A DNA stretch of 64,000 nucleotides from an uncultured Enterobacterales bacterium (GCA_964604165.1 CAZRYF010000011.1:21552-85551); one strand, 5' to 3'. Shown: positions 54,255 through 63,867, numbered from the stretch's first letter. The notes: generated from the letters alone by a model not told the origin. A program made the numbers and translations.

Positions 54255-55391
54255 ATGATGACCGCACGCACGCTCTTGATGCTCCCCTTGGTAGCGCTCC
54301 TGTCCTGCTCCCCCACCCGGGTGGTGCAGCCCGTGCTGTCTATCGTCAATATCTCCCCTTCAGGAGGCGCCACGGGGGTGGCCCTGGATGTGGTGGTTTC
54401 CGTGACGTTTACCAACGCGTTGATGGCCGACACAATCACCCCGAACGCGGTCCAACTCCTGGATGCAGCGGAAGAACCGGTGCCAGCCGACGTGACCTAT
54501 GTCTCTGAGAGTCAAGCGGTGCTGGTGTCCCCCACCGACCCCCTGGAGCTGGCCTCAGACTATGTCCTCGTGTTGAGCACAGACCTTGAGTCCAGCACTG
54601 GATCTGCCCTGGTCACAGAGATTCGCTCCACCTTCCGCACCACCGGCGACGCCCCCTCCAACGAGCTTCCCATCGCAGATGCCGGCTCCACCCAGACTGT
54701 GGCGGTGGGGGCGACCGTTCTGCTGGATGGAACTGGAAGCATGGACCCGGAAGGAGCCTCGCTTGACTACACCTGGACACTGCAGACCGTTCCCGACGGC
54801 AGCGTGGCCACCGTCGCGGCTGCTGACGCTGCCAACGCCTCGTTCCAAGCCGACCTGCCCGGAAACTACCTGGTCTCCCTGGTGGTCTCCGATGGCATCG
54901 ACGACTCCAGCCCCGCCTACGCCCAGATTTCAGCTTCTGACGAACCGGTGGACACGGGAGACACAGGCGACACGGGAGACACGGGAGAGGCAGGCACCTA
55001 CGAAGGGACCTTCAGCGGCCCAATCCTGGTCAACGTAAAGGAGGAGCAGGTGCTCTGGGCGGAGGACATCTGCACTGGCACCTTGACGATGACCGTAAAC
55101 CTGACATCCAACCCACCCATTTCCGGCAACTGGAGCTGCAACTTCACCCCGACGGGACCGTTTACCCAGTTCTGGCCCTCGCTTTCAGGCACCGTGGACG
55201 GCACCTTCACCAGCGGGGACAACATTGCGGGCACCCTGACCGTGGAGGGAAGCGACGCCTCCTGGAGCGGCCAGTTTGCATCGTACAACAGCTTGAGCGG
55301 CTCGGTTCCCGAGAGCCGGGTGGACGTGGAGGTCGGCGGCGTCATTCTGGACGTCGGCTACGACGCTAACTTTACCGCCACGCGCCAGTAG
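54255..55391 (+). CDS. Lipoprotein with Ig-like (SbsA/Big_5-type) and PKD-like domains
   Basis: The lipobox is LVALLSC. SIVNISPSGGATGV marks the Ig-like domain. The PKD-like module is IADAGSTQTVAVGATVLLDGTGSMDP..LDYTWTL..GNYLVSLVVSDG. A DTGDTGDTGDTGE repeat follows. Confidence 0.7.
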   Translation: MMTARTLLMLPLVALLSCSPTRVVQPVLSIVNISPSGGATGVALDVVVSVTFTNALMADTITPNAVQLLDAAEEPVPADVTYVSESQAVLVSPTDPLELASDYVLVLSTDLESSTGSALVTEIRSTFRTTGDAPSNELPIADAGSTQTVAVGATVLLDGTGSMDPEGASLDYTWTLQTVPDGSVATVAAADAANASFQADLPGNYLVSLVVSDGIDDSSPAYAQISASDEPVDTGDTGDTGDTGEAGTYEGTFSGPILVNVKEEQVLWAEDICTGTLTMTVNLTSNPPISGNWSCNFTPTGPFTQFWPSLSGTVDGTFTSGDNIAGTLTVEGSDASWSGQFASYNSLSGSVPESRVDVEVGGVILDVGYDANFTATRQ

Positions 55392-55393
55392 CA

Positions 55394-57067
55394 TTAGCCT
55401 CCCTCTTTCAGACGTGCCTCGAACAAGGCTGCCCGCACCAGATCGTCGTTGTGACGGAAATAGTAGGACCGGAAAGAGGCATATTCGCTTCGGACCTTCT
55501 CCACAGGCATTTCGTCCACCTCGGCCAGGTAGTCGTCCAAAAAGGACGGAAAGTCCACAAACCTCGCGCCGCGACGGGCGAGAACCTCCATCACCTCTCG
55601 GCGGTAGGTCAAAATGCGTCCCGTGACCCCCACTCCGAAGTCGATGGCAGTGAGGTGCGTGACCGGCTGCTCCAGCCGATAGTCCAAGCGCAAGTCGATG
55701 CCTCGAGACCGCAGGTAGGGCAAGTCGGCCTTCACCCCGTGCCCCAGCCGCATGCCCTCTTCCGGTGCCATGCGGGCCAATTCCCGGTCCGTCAGACCCA
55801 CGTGGGCCTCCAGCGCATACGGCACCTTCGCGTAGTAGGCCAGCATGGCCTGTGTTCCATGAAACGCCAGTCGAAGGTCCGTGCCCTCCGCCGCTGCGGA
55901 CACCACCCTCCCCCATCGCTCAGCCTCGTCGACCCACTCTGCCGGATACCAGCTCCGCTCCTCCACCACCCCGGCCACGCCCACGTCCTCCGTGGAGTGA
56001 GAGTCCAAATCCGCGGGCGCCCTGGCCAGCAGCAGCCCTCCAAGGGCCACCCCACAGAAGGCAATGAAGGGCACCCGGTCTTGAGAGCGCCCCCAACTCT
56101 CCAGCGCGAGCAAGGCCAGTGGAGAAATCGGAAGCAGGAAGCGGGCAAACATGAAATCCCCCCCCACCCGGGCGAGGTACACGCAAGTCCCGACGAAAAA
56201 CGCAGAGAGAATCCAGCCCGTTCGCCGGGTTCGCCAGCTGCCGCCGGACTCCCCTCTCCAGGCCAACACAAGGGCAGCCAAGACCCCAACCACCAGCACC
56301 CAGTACGTGCGACCGTACAACCAAAGGTAGCTCCACCCCTCCCCCCAGCGAGGGCCGTGCCCGGCCTTTGCATAGAACGTGTTTGGAACCAGGCCCCCAA
56401 ACCACCACAGCTTCCAGACGGCGACCGGCAGGAGAAGAAGGACTCCGGGAAAGACAGCCGACTTCAAGGCCTGTCCCCGCATCGAAGAGGCCAAAGCCGC
56501 TGCCAAGGCGATTCCATAGAACAGGGCTCCATCGGGCCTTGTCAGGACCGCAAGCGCCCCCCAGACCCCCACTCTTCTCCAATCGGAGCTCTCCTTGGCC
56601 TCCACAGCAGCCACCCCTACCCCGGTCACCAGCAGCACAAAAAGGGGCGTCTCCAAGCCACTGGTTGCGAACACCCGGGCGTGGGCGTGAATGCACCAGG
56701 CGATGGCTGCCAGGGGCACAAAGACCCCCGACTCCTTTGGAGGTCGCGCAAACCCAAGGGAGGTTCGGATGAGCAGCCCCAGGCAGCCGGCGTAGCAAGC
56801 GATGCCCAGCCCTTCTGTGAACACCACCGGATCCACCCCAAGTCGCATGGCACCGGCTGTCAGCAGCGTCCAGGAGAAGTTCGTGAACCCCTCCACCCGC
56901 TCCCCTTCGTTGAACACCAGCCCCAGTCCATTGACCAGGTTTTCCGCGTAGCGGAAAGAGATGAAAGCGTCGTCACTCACCCAGCGCAGCTCGAATGCAC
57001 TGTAGAGCGCAGCGAGCACCGCAACCACCGTCGCCCAAGCGCCCATCCCTGCAAACCGGTTTCGCAT
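55394..57067 (-). CDS. Polytopic GT-C-type membrane glycosyltransferase (arabinofuranosyl/ArnT-like)
   Basis: ORF trimmed to ATG 57067. DDAFISFRYAENLVNGLGLVFNEGERVEGFTNFSW is the N-terminal motif. More than 10 TM helices precede a soluble C-terminal domain. Confidence 0.6.
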   Translation of the reverse strand: MRNRFAGMGAWATVVAVLAALYSAFELRWVSDDAFISFRYAENLVNGLGLVFNEGERVEGFTNFSWTLLTAGAMRLGVDPVVFTEGLGIACYAGCLGLLIRTSLGFARPPKESGVFVPLAAIAWCIHAHARVFATSGLETPLFVLLVTGVGVAAVEAKESSDWRRVGVWGALAVLTRPDGALFYGIALAAALASSMRGQALKSAVFPGVLLLLPVAVWKLWWFGGLVPNTFYAKAGHGPRWGEGWSYLWLYGRTYWVLVVGVLAALVLAWRGESGGSWRTRRTGWILSAFFVGTCVYLARVGGDFMFARFLLPISPLALLALESWGRSQDRVPFIAFCGVALGGLLLARAPADLDSHSTEDVGVAGVVEERSWYPAEWVDEAERWGRVVSAAAEGTDLRLAFHGTQAMLAYYAKVPYALEAHVGLTDRELARMAPEEGMRLGHGVKADLPYLRSRGIDLRLDYRLEQPVTHLTAIDFGVGVTGRILTYRREVMEVLARRGARFVDFPSFLDDYLAEVDEMPVEKVRSEYASFRSYYFRHNDDLVRAALFEARLKEGG

Positions 57068-57117
57068 CCCAGGGACAATACGATGTTCCTCCCGATTCTT
57101 TCGGTTAGGCCTCGGAA

Positions 57118-58920
57118 GTGATCCAGAAGCCTCTTGATGTACACACCATTTCGCCACCGCCGCCGGAAAAGCGGGTGCGGCGCAATGCGCAGTGGCCGGC
57201 GCCCGATACGCGCCCAAACCGGTACACACTGCCCTCCACATTGCAGTCCGGATCCCCCGTGGGATACCGGACCCGGCAAGCCCTGACCCAGGAAGAGGCG
57301 CGTGCCGCCATGGTACTGCTCTCCCTGCCCAGGCCGGAGGGCTTTGTTTCCTCCGGTTCCGTAGAGGAACAGGCCCTTTTTGATGAGTGCTCCCTGGGGG
57401 TCCTTTCCTCTCGCCAGTCCACGAACTTCCGAGGACACCGACAGGTGACCCTGGGCCCCGAAGACTCCAAAGAGGTCGCTGCGCTGCTTGGGGAGATGAG
57501 CAGCCTGGAGTCCACGGTTCTGGACGGCGCCTGCCACACCCACGTGGTCCTGACCCGCCCGTACCGGACCTCCTTTACGCTGCTTTTGACCTTTGTCGGT
57601 CACCTTCCAATCGTAAGCTTGCTCACCGTTGGATGGCGCGCCCTGCGAAAACGTTTCGCCCACGCGGATGACATACCCACCATCGGGTTCCTGCAGCACC
57701 TGCACCTTGGCATCCTGGCTGAGGCCATGGAGCGAGCAGCGGTCTTGGCTTCCGACGGTCAAAGGGGCGCACAGATCTTTCAGGGGCCCTTTTCGGACCC
57801 CAACACCCGATCCGTCAACCAGGCAGCGATCGGCCGCTTGGAATCTCTCTGCGGCGTGACCACCCACCAGCGAGCCAAAGGTTGGCGGATTGGCCTGGTG
57901 GCCCAGGTGGGACGGCTTCACCAACCCCACCGGATCTCCCGGGCCTTGTGCAGAAAGATCGGCGCCAACCTCCTGGCGTTTCGAAGCGAGAGAATCCAAC
58001 CGGGTGTCAACGCAGAAGAGAAGGCACCGGCGCAATACCAGGTCCGCCAGGAAATGCATGTGCCCGACGACCTGGCCATCATGGCTGGACGGGCGGGGTA
58101 CAACGCCTTTCATCACTGGACAGGGTGCGATCGAGAGCGAGCCAAAGATCTCTTGCTCCTGGAACGAATTGATGTCCTGAGCCCCCATGGAAAGGAGAGG
58201 CTTCGGGAGATTCGACTGCAACTTGGTGAGATCACTGATCGCCTGATCAAGGCCATGCCAAAGTGGGTGGACTGGCCCACCGGCATGGCTTTCTCCCGCA
58301 ACGCCAACCGAGGCAGGAAAGCCTTTGCCCTTGCTGGGCAGCGCATCTACGTCAGCGGCCTCTCCCGTCGGGAGATCGCCGAAGAGGGCATTGCATGGGA
58401 GCTGGCGGTTCGCGGGCTGGGTGCTGGTGCCGCGAGAGGTGCCCTCTACTGCGAGCTCATGGGGTGCGTGGACCTCCCCTCGGACTGCGACCTATTGGCT
58501 GGAATCTGCCTCATGGCGGGCCCTGTCAACCAGAATGACATCGGCAAGAGCTTCTACGGGTACGCGGACTTGATGGCGCCTGCCTTTGGGGATCGGGACC
58601 CGACCTCCCTCTTGGTCTGGGCCCTTAAAGCCAAGACCGTCAGCGACCCCATTGGAAACGAAGAGCAGCTGCTCAACGCCGCCCGAAAGGGAGTGTTGGT
58701 GGACCTTCGCCCGGCCCCCCACGACGTTGTCTCCACCCGGGTAAAGGGCCGCCTCGCCCCCCTGCGCAAGCGCCATGGACGCACCAACGGCGAGCGGGCC
58801 TTCTCAGAAATCGGCAATTTCGTGACCAGCCCACAAGGAGAGCCGGTGCCGGGCAACATGGGCTCCTTGTGGCCACGGGCCTGGCGCGAGGCCCCGGTTT
58901 GGCCAGGAGAAGCAACATGA
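57118..58920 (+). CDS. Large hypothetical protein (up to 600 aa), family not recognised
   Basis: Third positions are GC-rich across the whole frame, while the competing minus-strand ORF 56977..58221 is shadow-like. The start is uncertain (GTG 57118 or ATG 57310). The stop overlaps the next start (ATGA). Confidence 0.6.
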   Translation: MIQKPLDVHTISPPPPEKRVRRNAQWPAPDTRPNRYTLPSTLQSGSPVGYRTRQALTQEEARAAMVLLSLPRPEGFVSSGSVEEQALFDECSLGVLSSRQSTNFRGHRQVTLGPEDSKEVAALLGEMSSLESTVLDGACHTHVVLTRPYRTSFTLLLTFVGHLPIVSLLTVGWRALRKRFAHADDIPTIGFLQHLHLGILAEAMERAAVLASDGQRGAQIFQGPFSDPNTRSVNQAAIGRLESLCGVTTHQRAKGWRIGLVAQVGRLHQPHRISRALCRKIGANLLAFRSERIQPGVNAEEKAPAQYQVRQEMHVPDDLAIMAGRAGYNAFHHWTGCDRERAKDLLLLERIDVLSPHGKERLREIRLQLGEITDRLIKAMPKWVDWPTGMAFSRNANRGRKAFALAGQRIYVSGLSRREIAEEGIAWELAVRGLGAGAARGALYCELMGCVDLPSDCDLLAGICLMAGPVNQNDIGKSFYGYADLMAPAFGDRDPTSLLVWALKAKTVSDPIGNEEQLLNAARKGVLVDLRPAPHDVVSTRVKGRLAPLRKRHGRTNGERAFSEIGNFVTSPQGEPVPGNMGSLWPRAWREAPVWPGEAT

Positions 58921-59768
58921 TGGAAATCCTCCACCTCACCGAACCTCCCAAGGTGAGCCTGCTCAAGATCCTTGCCTCGAGAAAGCCCGGACTGGCACCC
59001 GGAGAGACAATTCCCCCCATTGCGGTTCAGCTGGATGGAATCCAGCCCCGCGACGTGGACGCTTATGCCCGCGTCTGCGGCTTTCCCGCCGAGGACAGCT
59101 TGCCCCTCCCCCTGCCCCACATCCTGGCAGCCCCCCTTCACCTGGCCATCGCCACCCACCGGGACTTCCCCTTGCCCGCCATGGGGCTGGTCCACGTTTC
59201 GAATTCCATTCTGCAGCACCGCCCCATCGGCCGAGACGAGACCCTGTCCATTCTCTGCCGAGGGGGCGGCCACCGCCCACACCCAAGGGGTGCACTGGTG
59301 GACCTGGAAACGGAGGTCTTCTCAGGAGACGAGCGGGTCTGGCAGAGCAGCACAACGGCGCTCTCCACCGCCGCCCCCAGGGAGGGGGAGAAGGTCCCGC
59401 GGCCGGAGGTCGAACCCCTGATCCCGGAACGGTCCACCAGCTGGCACTTGCCCTCAGACCTGGGGCGGCGCTACGGCGCCATCTCCCGCGATCGAAACCC
59501 GATCCACATGTACCGGTGGACCGCAAAGATCTTTGGCTTCAAGTCCCACATTATCCACGGCATGTGGCTCCTGGCGCGCTCCCTCTCCGAGCTGGACCTG
59601 GCCATGGGGGAGGCTCCGACCCAAGTAGACATCGACTTTCTGCGACCGGTGTTCCTGCCCGGCAGTGTGCTCTTCGCATCGGGTCCCCAGGGGGATGCCC
59701 TCGGGTTCTGCCTGACCCACCCCAAGAGCGGAAAAACCCACGCTACCGGCCTGGTGCGGCGGTTCTGA
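58917..59768 (+). CDS. MaoC-like double hot-dog (R)-specific enoyl-CoA hydratase/dehydratase
   Basis: ORF trimmed to ATG 58917. ISRDRNPIHMYRWTAKIFGFKSHIIHGMW lies in the C-terminal hot-dog, preceded by a degenerate N-terminal hot-dog. Confidence 0.75.
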   Translation: MMEILHLTEPPKVSLLKILASRKPGLAPGETIPPIAVQLDGIQPRDVDAYARVCGFPAEDSLPLPLPHILAAPLHLAIATHRDFPLPAMGLVHVSNSILQHRPIGRDETLSILCRGGGHRPHPRGALVDLETEVFSGDERVWQSSTTALSTAAPREGEKVPRPEVEPLIPERSTSWHLPSDLGRRYGAISRDRNPIHMYRWTAKIFGFKSHIIHGMWLLARSLSELDLAMGEAPTQVDIDFLRPVFLPGSVLFASGPQGDALGFCLTHPKSGKTHATGLVRRF

Positions 59769-59770
59769 TC

Positions 59771-60697
59771 TCAAGTGGGTGGGGCGAACGAGAAGCGACC
59801 CGCAAACGCCCGTAGCTGATCCACAAAGTCCCCGGACTCGAAAAGCTCCATCGCCTCCAGGCGCGGATCCGGTCCGAGCAACAGGTTGCGCAAGCGCATG
59901 TCCTGCTCAATGAAGAGCAGCTCCAAATCCGGGTAGACCTCCCCCACCGCCTGGGCCACCTGGAGGATGGTCATGTTTCGCTCCACCAGGTGGTAGGTGC
60001 CCGCCGGAACACCACCCAAAACCACCGCGGTGAAGACCCGCACCGCATTCTCTACGTGGACAAAAGCCCGGTGCTGCTCGCCGCTTCCATGCACCGTCAG
60101 GCGCCGATTGAACTGGGCGTCAAAGAGGTAGCGGTTGATGACCGCCTCAAAGCGCATGCTCCGAGAGTACCCGTACACGTTCGCACAGCGCAGGATAACG
60201 CAGTCTGTCTCCGGGCCGGCCGCAGCAAGGGCCTGCTCCCCGCGCCACTTGGAGACGCCATAGGCGGTCTTCGGCTGGGGAACCGAGTCATGGTCGAGCA
60301 GGGACTCGGACGCCCCGTACACCGAGGCGCTGCTCACATACAAAAGCCGCTTTCCCGGGTGTTCCCGCAGCAGGTAGGCCAGCTCCGCGGTGCCCCAGTG
60401 GTTGACCTGGTCGAGCCCGTGAAAATCCGCATCTGCAAAGGGGGTCGTCACCCGCGCAGCCAGGTGCACCACCACATCCGAATCCGCGACCAGCTTGCCC
60501 AGGGTGCGGGTGTCCAGGATGTCCCCCTGGACAAACCGAATCGGCTTCTCTGGCAGACCTCGTCCGAGGAAAAGGTTGTGGTTGGGACGAGAGAGGTTGT
60601 CGTAGATCACGATCTTCGACACCTCTTCCTCGGCAGCCAGGGCACCGACCAATTCGGTGCCCAGGTAGCCGGCTCCCCCCGTGATGAGGACCTTCAT
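59771..60697 (-). CDS. NAD-dependent epimerase/dehydratase (SDR) family protein
   Basis: ORF trimmed to ATG 60697 (MKVLITGGAGYLG). It has YGVSK (YxxxK). There is an ATGA overlap with the cysH stop. Confidence 0.85.
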   Translation of the reverse strand: MKVLITGGAGYLGTELVGALAAEEEVSKIVIYDNLSRPNHNLFLGRGLPEKPIRFVQGDILDTRTLGKLVADSDVVVHLAARVTTPFADADFHGLDQVNHWGTAELAYLLREHPGKRLLYVSSASVYGASESLLDHDSVPQPKTAYGVSKWRGEQALAAAGPETDCVILRCANVYGYSRSMRFEAVINRYLFDAQFNRRLTVHGSGEQHRAFVHVENAVRVFTAVVLGGVPAGTYHLVERNMTILQVAQAVGEVYPDLELLFIEQDMRLRNLLLGPDPRLEAMELFESGDFVDQLRAFAGRFSFAPPT

Positions 60698-61374
60698 CCG
60701 CTCTTCTCCACGCCGAGGTGCAGGCCGCACTCGGTCTTGTTCATGCCAAACCAACGCCCGGTGCGATCATCACTCCCCACAGCGGTGGGCCGCCGGGTGC
60801 AGGGCATACACCCCATGGAGAAGTAGCCCTGGGACTCCAGGGGGTGACGCGGCAGGTCATGCTGCTCAATGTAGTGGTGGACCATACGGGCATCCCAGCC
60901 CATGAGCGGGTGGTAGCGCAGGGTGCCTCCCCTTCCCGTGGCCTCCCGACCCATGGCCGCCCGGTTGGCACTCTGGGCGCCTCGCACCCCGCTGATCCAG
61001 AGGTCATGTGCTGCAAGCACCGGGTCCAGGGGAAGCATCTTGTTGAGCTCACAGCACCGATCCGGATCTGAGGCGAAAAGAAGTCGGCCCTTGGGATCAC
61101 GCTGCTCGATGCGGGAGAACGCGGAGCGCAGGTTTCGAAACTCCAAGCCAAACCGGCTCGCCAGGGTCTCACGAAACGCGAGGGTCTCGGGAAAGTGGTA
61201 GCCCGTGTCCAGGAAGTAGACCGGGACCGCCGGCGCAAGCTCCGAGAGAATGTGCAGGAGCACCACGCTGTTGGTCTGAAACGAGGAAGTGCTGAACATG
61301 CGGAGACCCCGGGATCGGTAGTCCCGGATCTCCCTGTCGATCATCGCGATCGGGTCGCTGAAGTCGATGCTCAT
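60694..61374 (-). CDS. cysH: Phosphoadenylyl/adenylyl-sulfate reductase (thioredoxin-dependent; Fe-S type Cys pairs present)
   Basis: ORF trimmed to ATG 61374. It has FLDTGYHFPET, the CC pair (DRCCELNK), a CxxC (GCMPCT) and the catalytic KTECGLH. Confidence 0.85.
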   Translation of the reverse strand: MSIDFSDPIAMIDREIRDYRSRGLRMFSTSSFQTNSVVLLHILSELAPAVPVYFLDTGYHFPETLAFRETLASRFGLEFRNLRSAFSRIEQRDPKGRLLFASDPDRCCELNKMLPLDPVLAAHDLWISGVRGAQSANRAAMGREATGRGGTLRYHPLMGWDARMVHHYIEQHDLPRHPLESQGYFSMGCMPCTRRPTAVGSDDRTGRWFGMNKTECGLHLGVEKSG

Positions 61375-61537
61375 GTCTTCTTTGCCCCGTGAGACCGCCA
61401 GATAACCCGGAGAAGCAGCCCCGGTCCGGGGGGACGACCCCCGCGTTGCCCTCCTCACCGCGCACCTGCTCCACCTCCGGGGAACCAGGGATCGTTCTCG
61501 GACAAACCGTCTAATATGATACAGAGGCCCTTCCCCA

Positions 61538-62065
61538 ATGAACCTCTCCACCCTTGCTCCCTTCTTTTCCGGCGTTCCCACGGAGGCGATGAAGGAGCTT
61601 GCCCAAGCCTGTGAGACCGTGCGCTTTTCTCCCGCAGACCTGGTCTACCAGCAGGGCGACCCGGGGGAGACGGGCTTGCTTCTCCTGGAGGGTCTGCTCG
61701 AGGTGTCCGCTGAGACGGACCGGCGGGTAAGGCATCTCGGCCTCATCCACCCGGGGGAGATCGTGGGGGAGCAGTGCCTGTTCATGGACGGGATTCACCG
61801 ATCTGCCACCGTCCAGGCGAACCAGGCCAGCGCCGCGCTCGTCCTGGACCCGACGATCCTCTCCCGACTGGCCGAAAACCCGGCAATGGCGGTGCTCGAG
61901 CTTCATCTTCTCGCCACCCTTGGACGCAGGATTCGACAAACCAACCTTGTGATTCAGACTGCGTGGAAGGTTCCTTTGGCCCCACCGGCGTCCCCCAAAG
62001 CCCCCACCTTCTCCCAGCGGCTGCGCAACCTGCTCGGCTCCAGGGACACCGGCCCTACCGAATGA
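61538..62065 (+). CDS. Cyclic-nucleotide-binding domain protein
   Basis: F.G........L........F...D.V..QGD.G....LL.G...V pattern, followed by GEIVGE and RSATV. Confidence 0.75.
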   Translation: MNLSTLAPFFSGVPTEAMKELAQACETVRFSPADLVYQQGDPGETGLLLLEGLLEVSAETDRRVRHLGLIHPGEIVGEQCLFMDGIHRSATVQANQASAALVLDPTILSRLAENPAMAVLELHLLATLGRRIRQTNLVIQTAWKVPLAPPASPKAPTFSQRLRNLLGSRDTGPTE

Positions 62066-62655
62066 AGAGAGAACACCTCCTCCCCATCGCATCCACCCTC
62101 TTGGCCGCCCACAACGTGCGGGGTGCGCAACCCGGCGACCTGGCCGCCTCCCTGGAGGTCTGCAAGCCAAGACACCTGGACCCGGACGAGCTCTTGTGCC
62201 AGGAGGGCGCCGTACCCACCGAGATGTTCCTCCTGGTGGAGGGGGAGATCCGGGTCACCCGACTGGACAAGTCCGGCGCCCCCCACGAGCTTGCCCATCT
62301 TTCGGCCCCGGCATTGGTGGGCCACATGGGGTTGGTGGACCGATCCCCTCGACGCGCGACCTGCGCCGCCAGTGGAGAAGCCATTGTCCTGTCTGTTGAT
62401 TTGGAGGCCTGCCGTGCCCACATGACCCTTCCCACACCGGAGGCAGCCGCCTTGCGCCGCCTCCTCCTGGCGAGCCTCTCCAGGCAGCTCGCCGATGCCA
62501 ACGGCCAGATCCGCCGCTTGCTCCATGCCGGGGAGATCAAGACGGGACTCGAGCCCACCAAGGAGGCCCCCGGCCCCGTAGAGCGCGAGCTGACCCTGGC
62601 GGACGTCTCCCGCCTCGCTGCCGTGCTTGAGGGTTGGACTCCTCCCGAGAAGTAG
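62062..62655 (+). CDS. Cyclic-nucleotide-binding domain protein (second, translationally coupled)
   Basis: ATGA overlap at 62062. Motifs LLCQEGAVPTEMFLLVEGEIRV, LVGHMGL and RRATC. Confidence 0.7.
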   Translation: MKREHLLPIASTLLAAHNVRGAQPGDLAASLEVCKPRHLDPDELLCQEGAVPTEMFLLVEGEIRVTRLDKSGAPHELAHLSAPALVGHMGLVDRSPRRATCAASGEAIVLSVDLEACRAHMTLPTPEAAALRRLLLASLSRQLADANGQIRRLLHAGEIKTGLEPTKEAPGPVERELTLADVSRLAAVLEGWTPPEK

Positions 62656-62720
62656 TTTCCCGGGTCCCTGGGGAATCCACTGCAACTTCTTCTACGATGG
62701 GTCTCCAAATAGGAGTTCCC

Positions 62721-62905
62721 ATGCGCCTCTTTCTCCTGCTGCCCGTCACTGGTTGCGACGACACCAAGATTGTGGAGGACGCCGATGGAGACAGGTACGG
62801 AGACGCCGGCGCAAGCGTCACCTTGTGCAACCAGCCCAGAGGTGGACGGTCCCCAGAGACGGGACCTACACCGTGGTGGCGGCAACGCCCAGGATGGCAA
62901 CGTGA
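62721..62905 (+). pseudogene. Possible degenerate or frameshifted MopE-type lipoprotein gene
   Basis: An AGGAG Shine-Dalgarno lies 5 nt before ATG 62721. MRLFLLLPVTGC is the lipobox, followed by DADGDRYGDAGASVTLCNQP (one MopE-like half-module). The frame then turns Arg/Pro/Trp-rich and runs into the response-regulator gene. The other frames stop near 62905. Confidence 0.3.
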
Positions 62906-63066
62906 CCGTAACCCTCCAATGAGCCTCGCCCCGGGGACTTGGAGCAGGAGACGCAACGCCTGTCACGGCCTCCGAACACTCCGTGCTTCGGTGAGCTGCG
63001 GCGTTCCCTGCCAGGCGCTTCCCACCCGAGCGGTGCCCGGGTTACATCTCTCCCAGGATCGCGTCC

Positions 63067-63765
63067 ATGGCTCACCGAATCCTCATTGTAGAAGACGAGA
63101 AAGGTCTCGCCACCACCTTGTCTCTGAGCTTGCAGGTGGACGGCTACGCCGTGACCGCCGTGCACAATGGCCGGGAGGCCCTGGTCCAGCTCTTTCACGA
63201 GGAGGTCCCCGACCTGGTGGTGCTGGACCTCGTGCTTCCGGATCTGCAGGGCGAGGATCTCTGCCGCCGCATTCGCTCCCATGGAAGAACCGCCCAGGTG
63301 CCGGTCATGATGCTCTCGGCGAAGGGAGACGAGAGGGTTCGCATCCAGGGGTTTGAGGCCGGCGCGGACGACTTCATGGAGAAACCCTTCAACTTGCGGG
63401 AATTCAAGCTTCGCCTCCAGGCCATTCTCCGGCGTTGCTCCCAGCAACAGGCCCTCGCCGATTCCGTCTTGTTGGTGGGCGAGCTGCGCCTGGACACCGG
63501 GGCCCACCGTGCCTGGGTAGGGGCCACGGAGCTGGAGCTCACGGCCCTGGAGTTCAAGCTGCTCACCACCCTCATGCAGCGACAGGGCCGGGTGCAGAGT
63601 CGGCAACAGCTCCTGCAGGACGTGTGGCACTACAACGAAGGGGTGACCACCCGCACCGTGGACACCCACGTGCGCCGACTGCGCAGCAAGCTGCTCACGT
63701 CCCGGGACAAGCTGGAGACCGTGCGCGGTGTGGGCTACCGCTTTCAGGATCACGTCCAGAATTAG
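63067..63765 (+). CDS. OmpR/PhoB-family response regulator
   Basis: The receiver has ILIVEDE, DLVVLDLVLPD and KPF. The winged-helix output has LTALEFKLL, TVDTHVRRLRSKL and VRGVGYRF. Confidence 0.9.
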   Translation: MAHRILIVEDEKGLATTLSLSLQVDGYAVTAVHNGREALVQLFHEEVPDLVVLDLVLPDLQGEDLCRRIRSHGRTAQVPVMMLSAKGDERVRIQGFEAGADDFMEKPFNLREFKLRLQAILRRCSQQQALADSVLLVGELRLDTGAHRAWVGATELELTALEFKLLTTLMQRQGRVQSRQQLLQDVWHYNEGVTTRTVDTHVRRLRSKLLTSRDKLETVRGVGYRFQDHVQN

Positions 63766-63867
63766 GCACAGGGGACGGGGTGTTTCCCCTGCGCCACAGA
63801 TCTGTCACTTTCCCGTCACACGGCTTCCATAGATTGGCACTCGACTCCCACTCCAACGGAGGAGAAC

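Noticed and set aside
55451-57121. 556-aa plus-strand ORF (also 55920..56798 on minus, in another frame) within the GT-C glycosyltransferase locus
   Set aside because: The minus-strand frame 55394..57067 encodes a coherent polytopic membrane protein with the DDAFISFRYAENL motif. The alternatives are Pro/Arg/Gly-rich.
56977-58221. 414-aa minus-strand ORF competing with the 57118..58920 hypothetical gene
   Set aside because: The plus frame has the stronger third-position GC bias along its full 1.8 kb and is ATGA-coupled to the MaoC gene. The minus ORF would also overlap the start of the GT-C gene.
62906-63356. Continuation of ORF 62634..63356 into the response-regulator gene
   Set aside because: After the lipobox and the MopE half-module the frame is Arg/Pro/Trp-rich, and it overlaps a clear OmpR-family CDS in another frame. 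It is treated as read-on after a probable frameshift rather than as real coding sequence.
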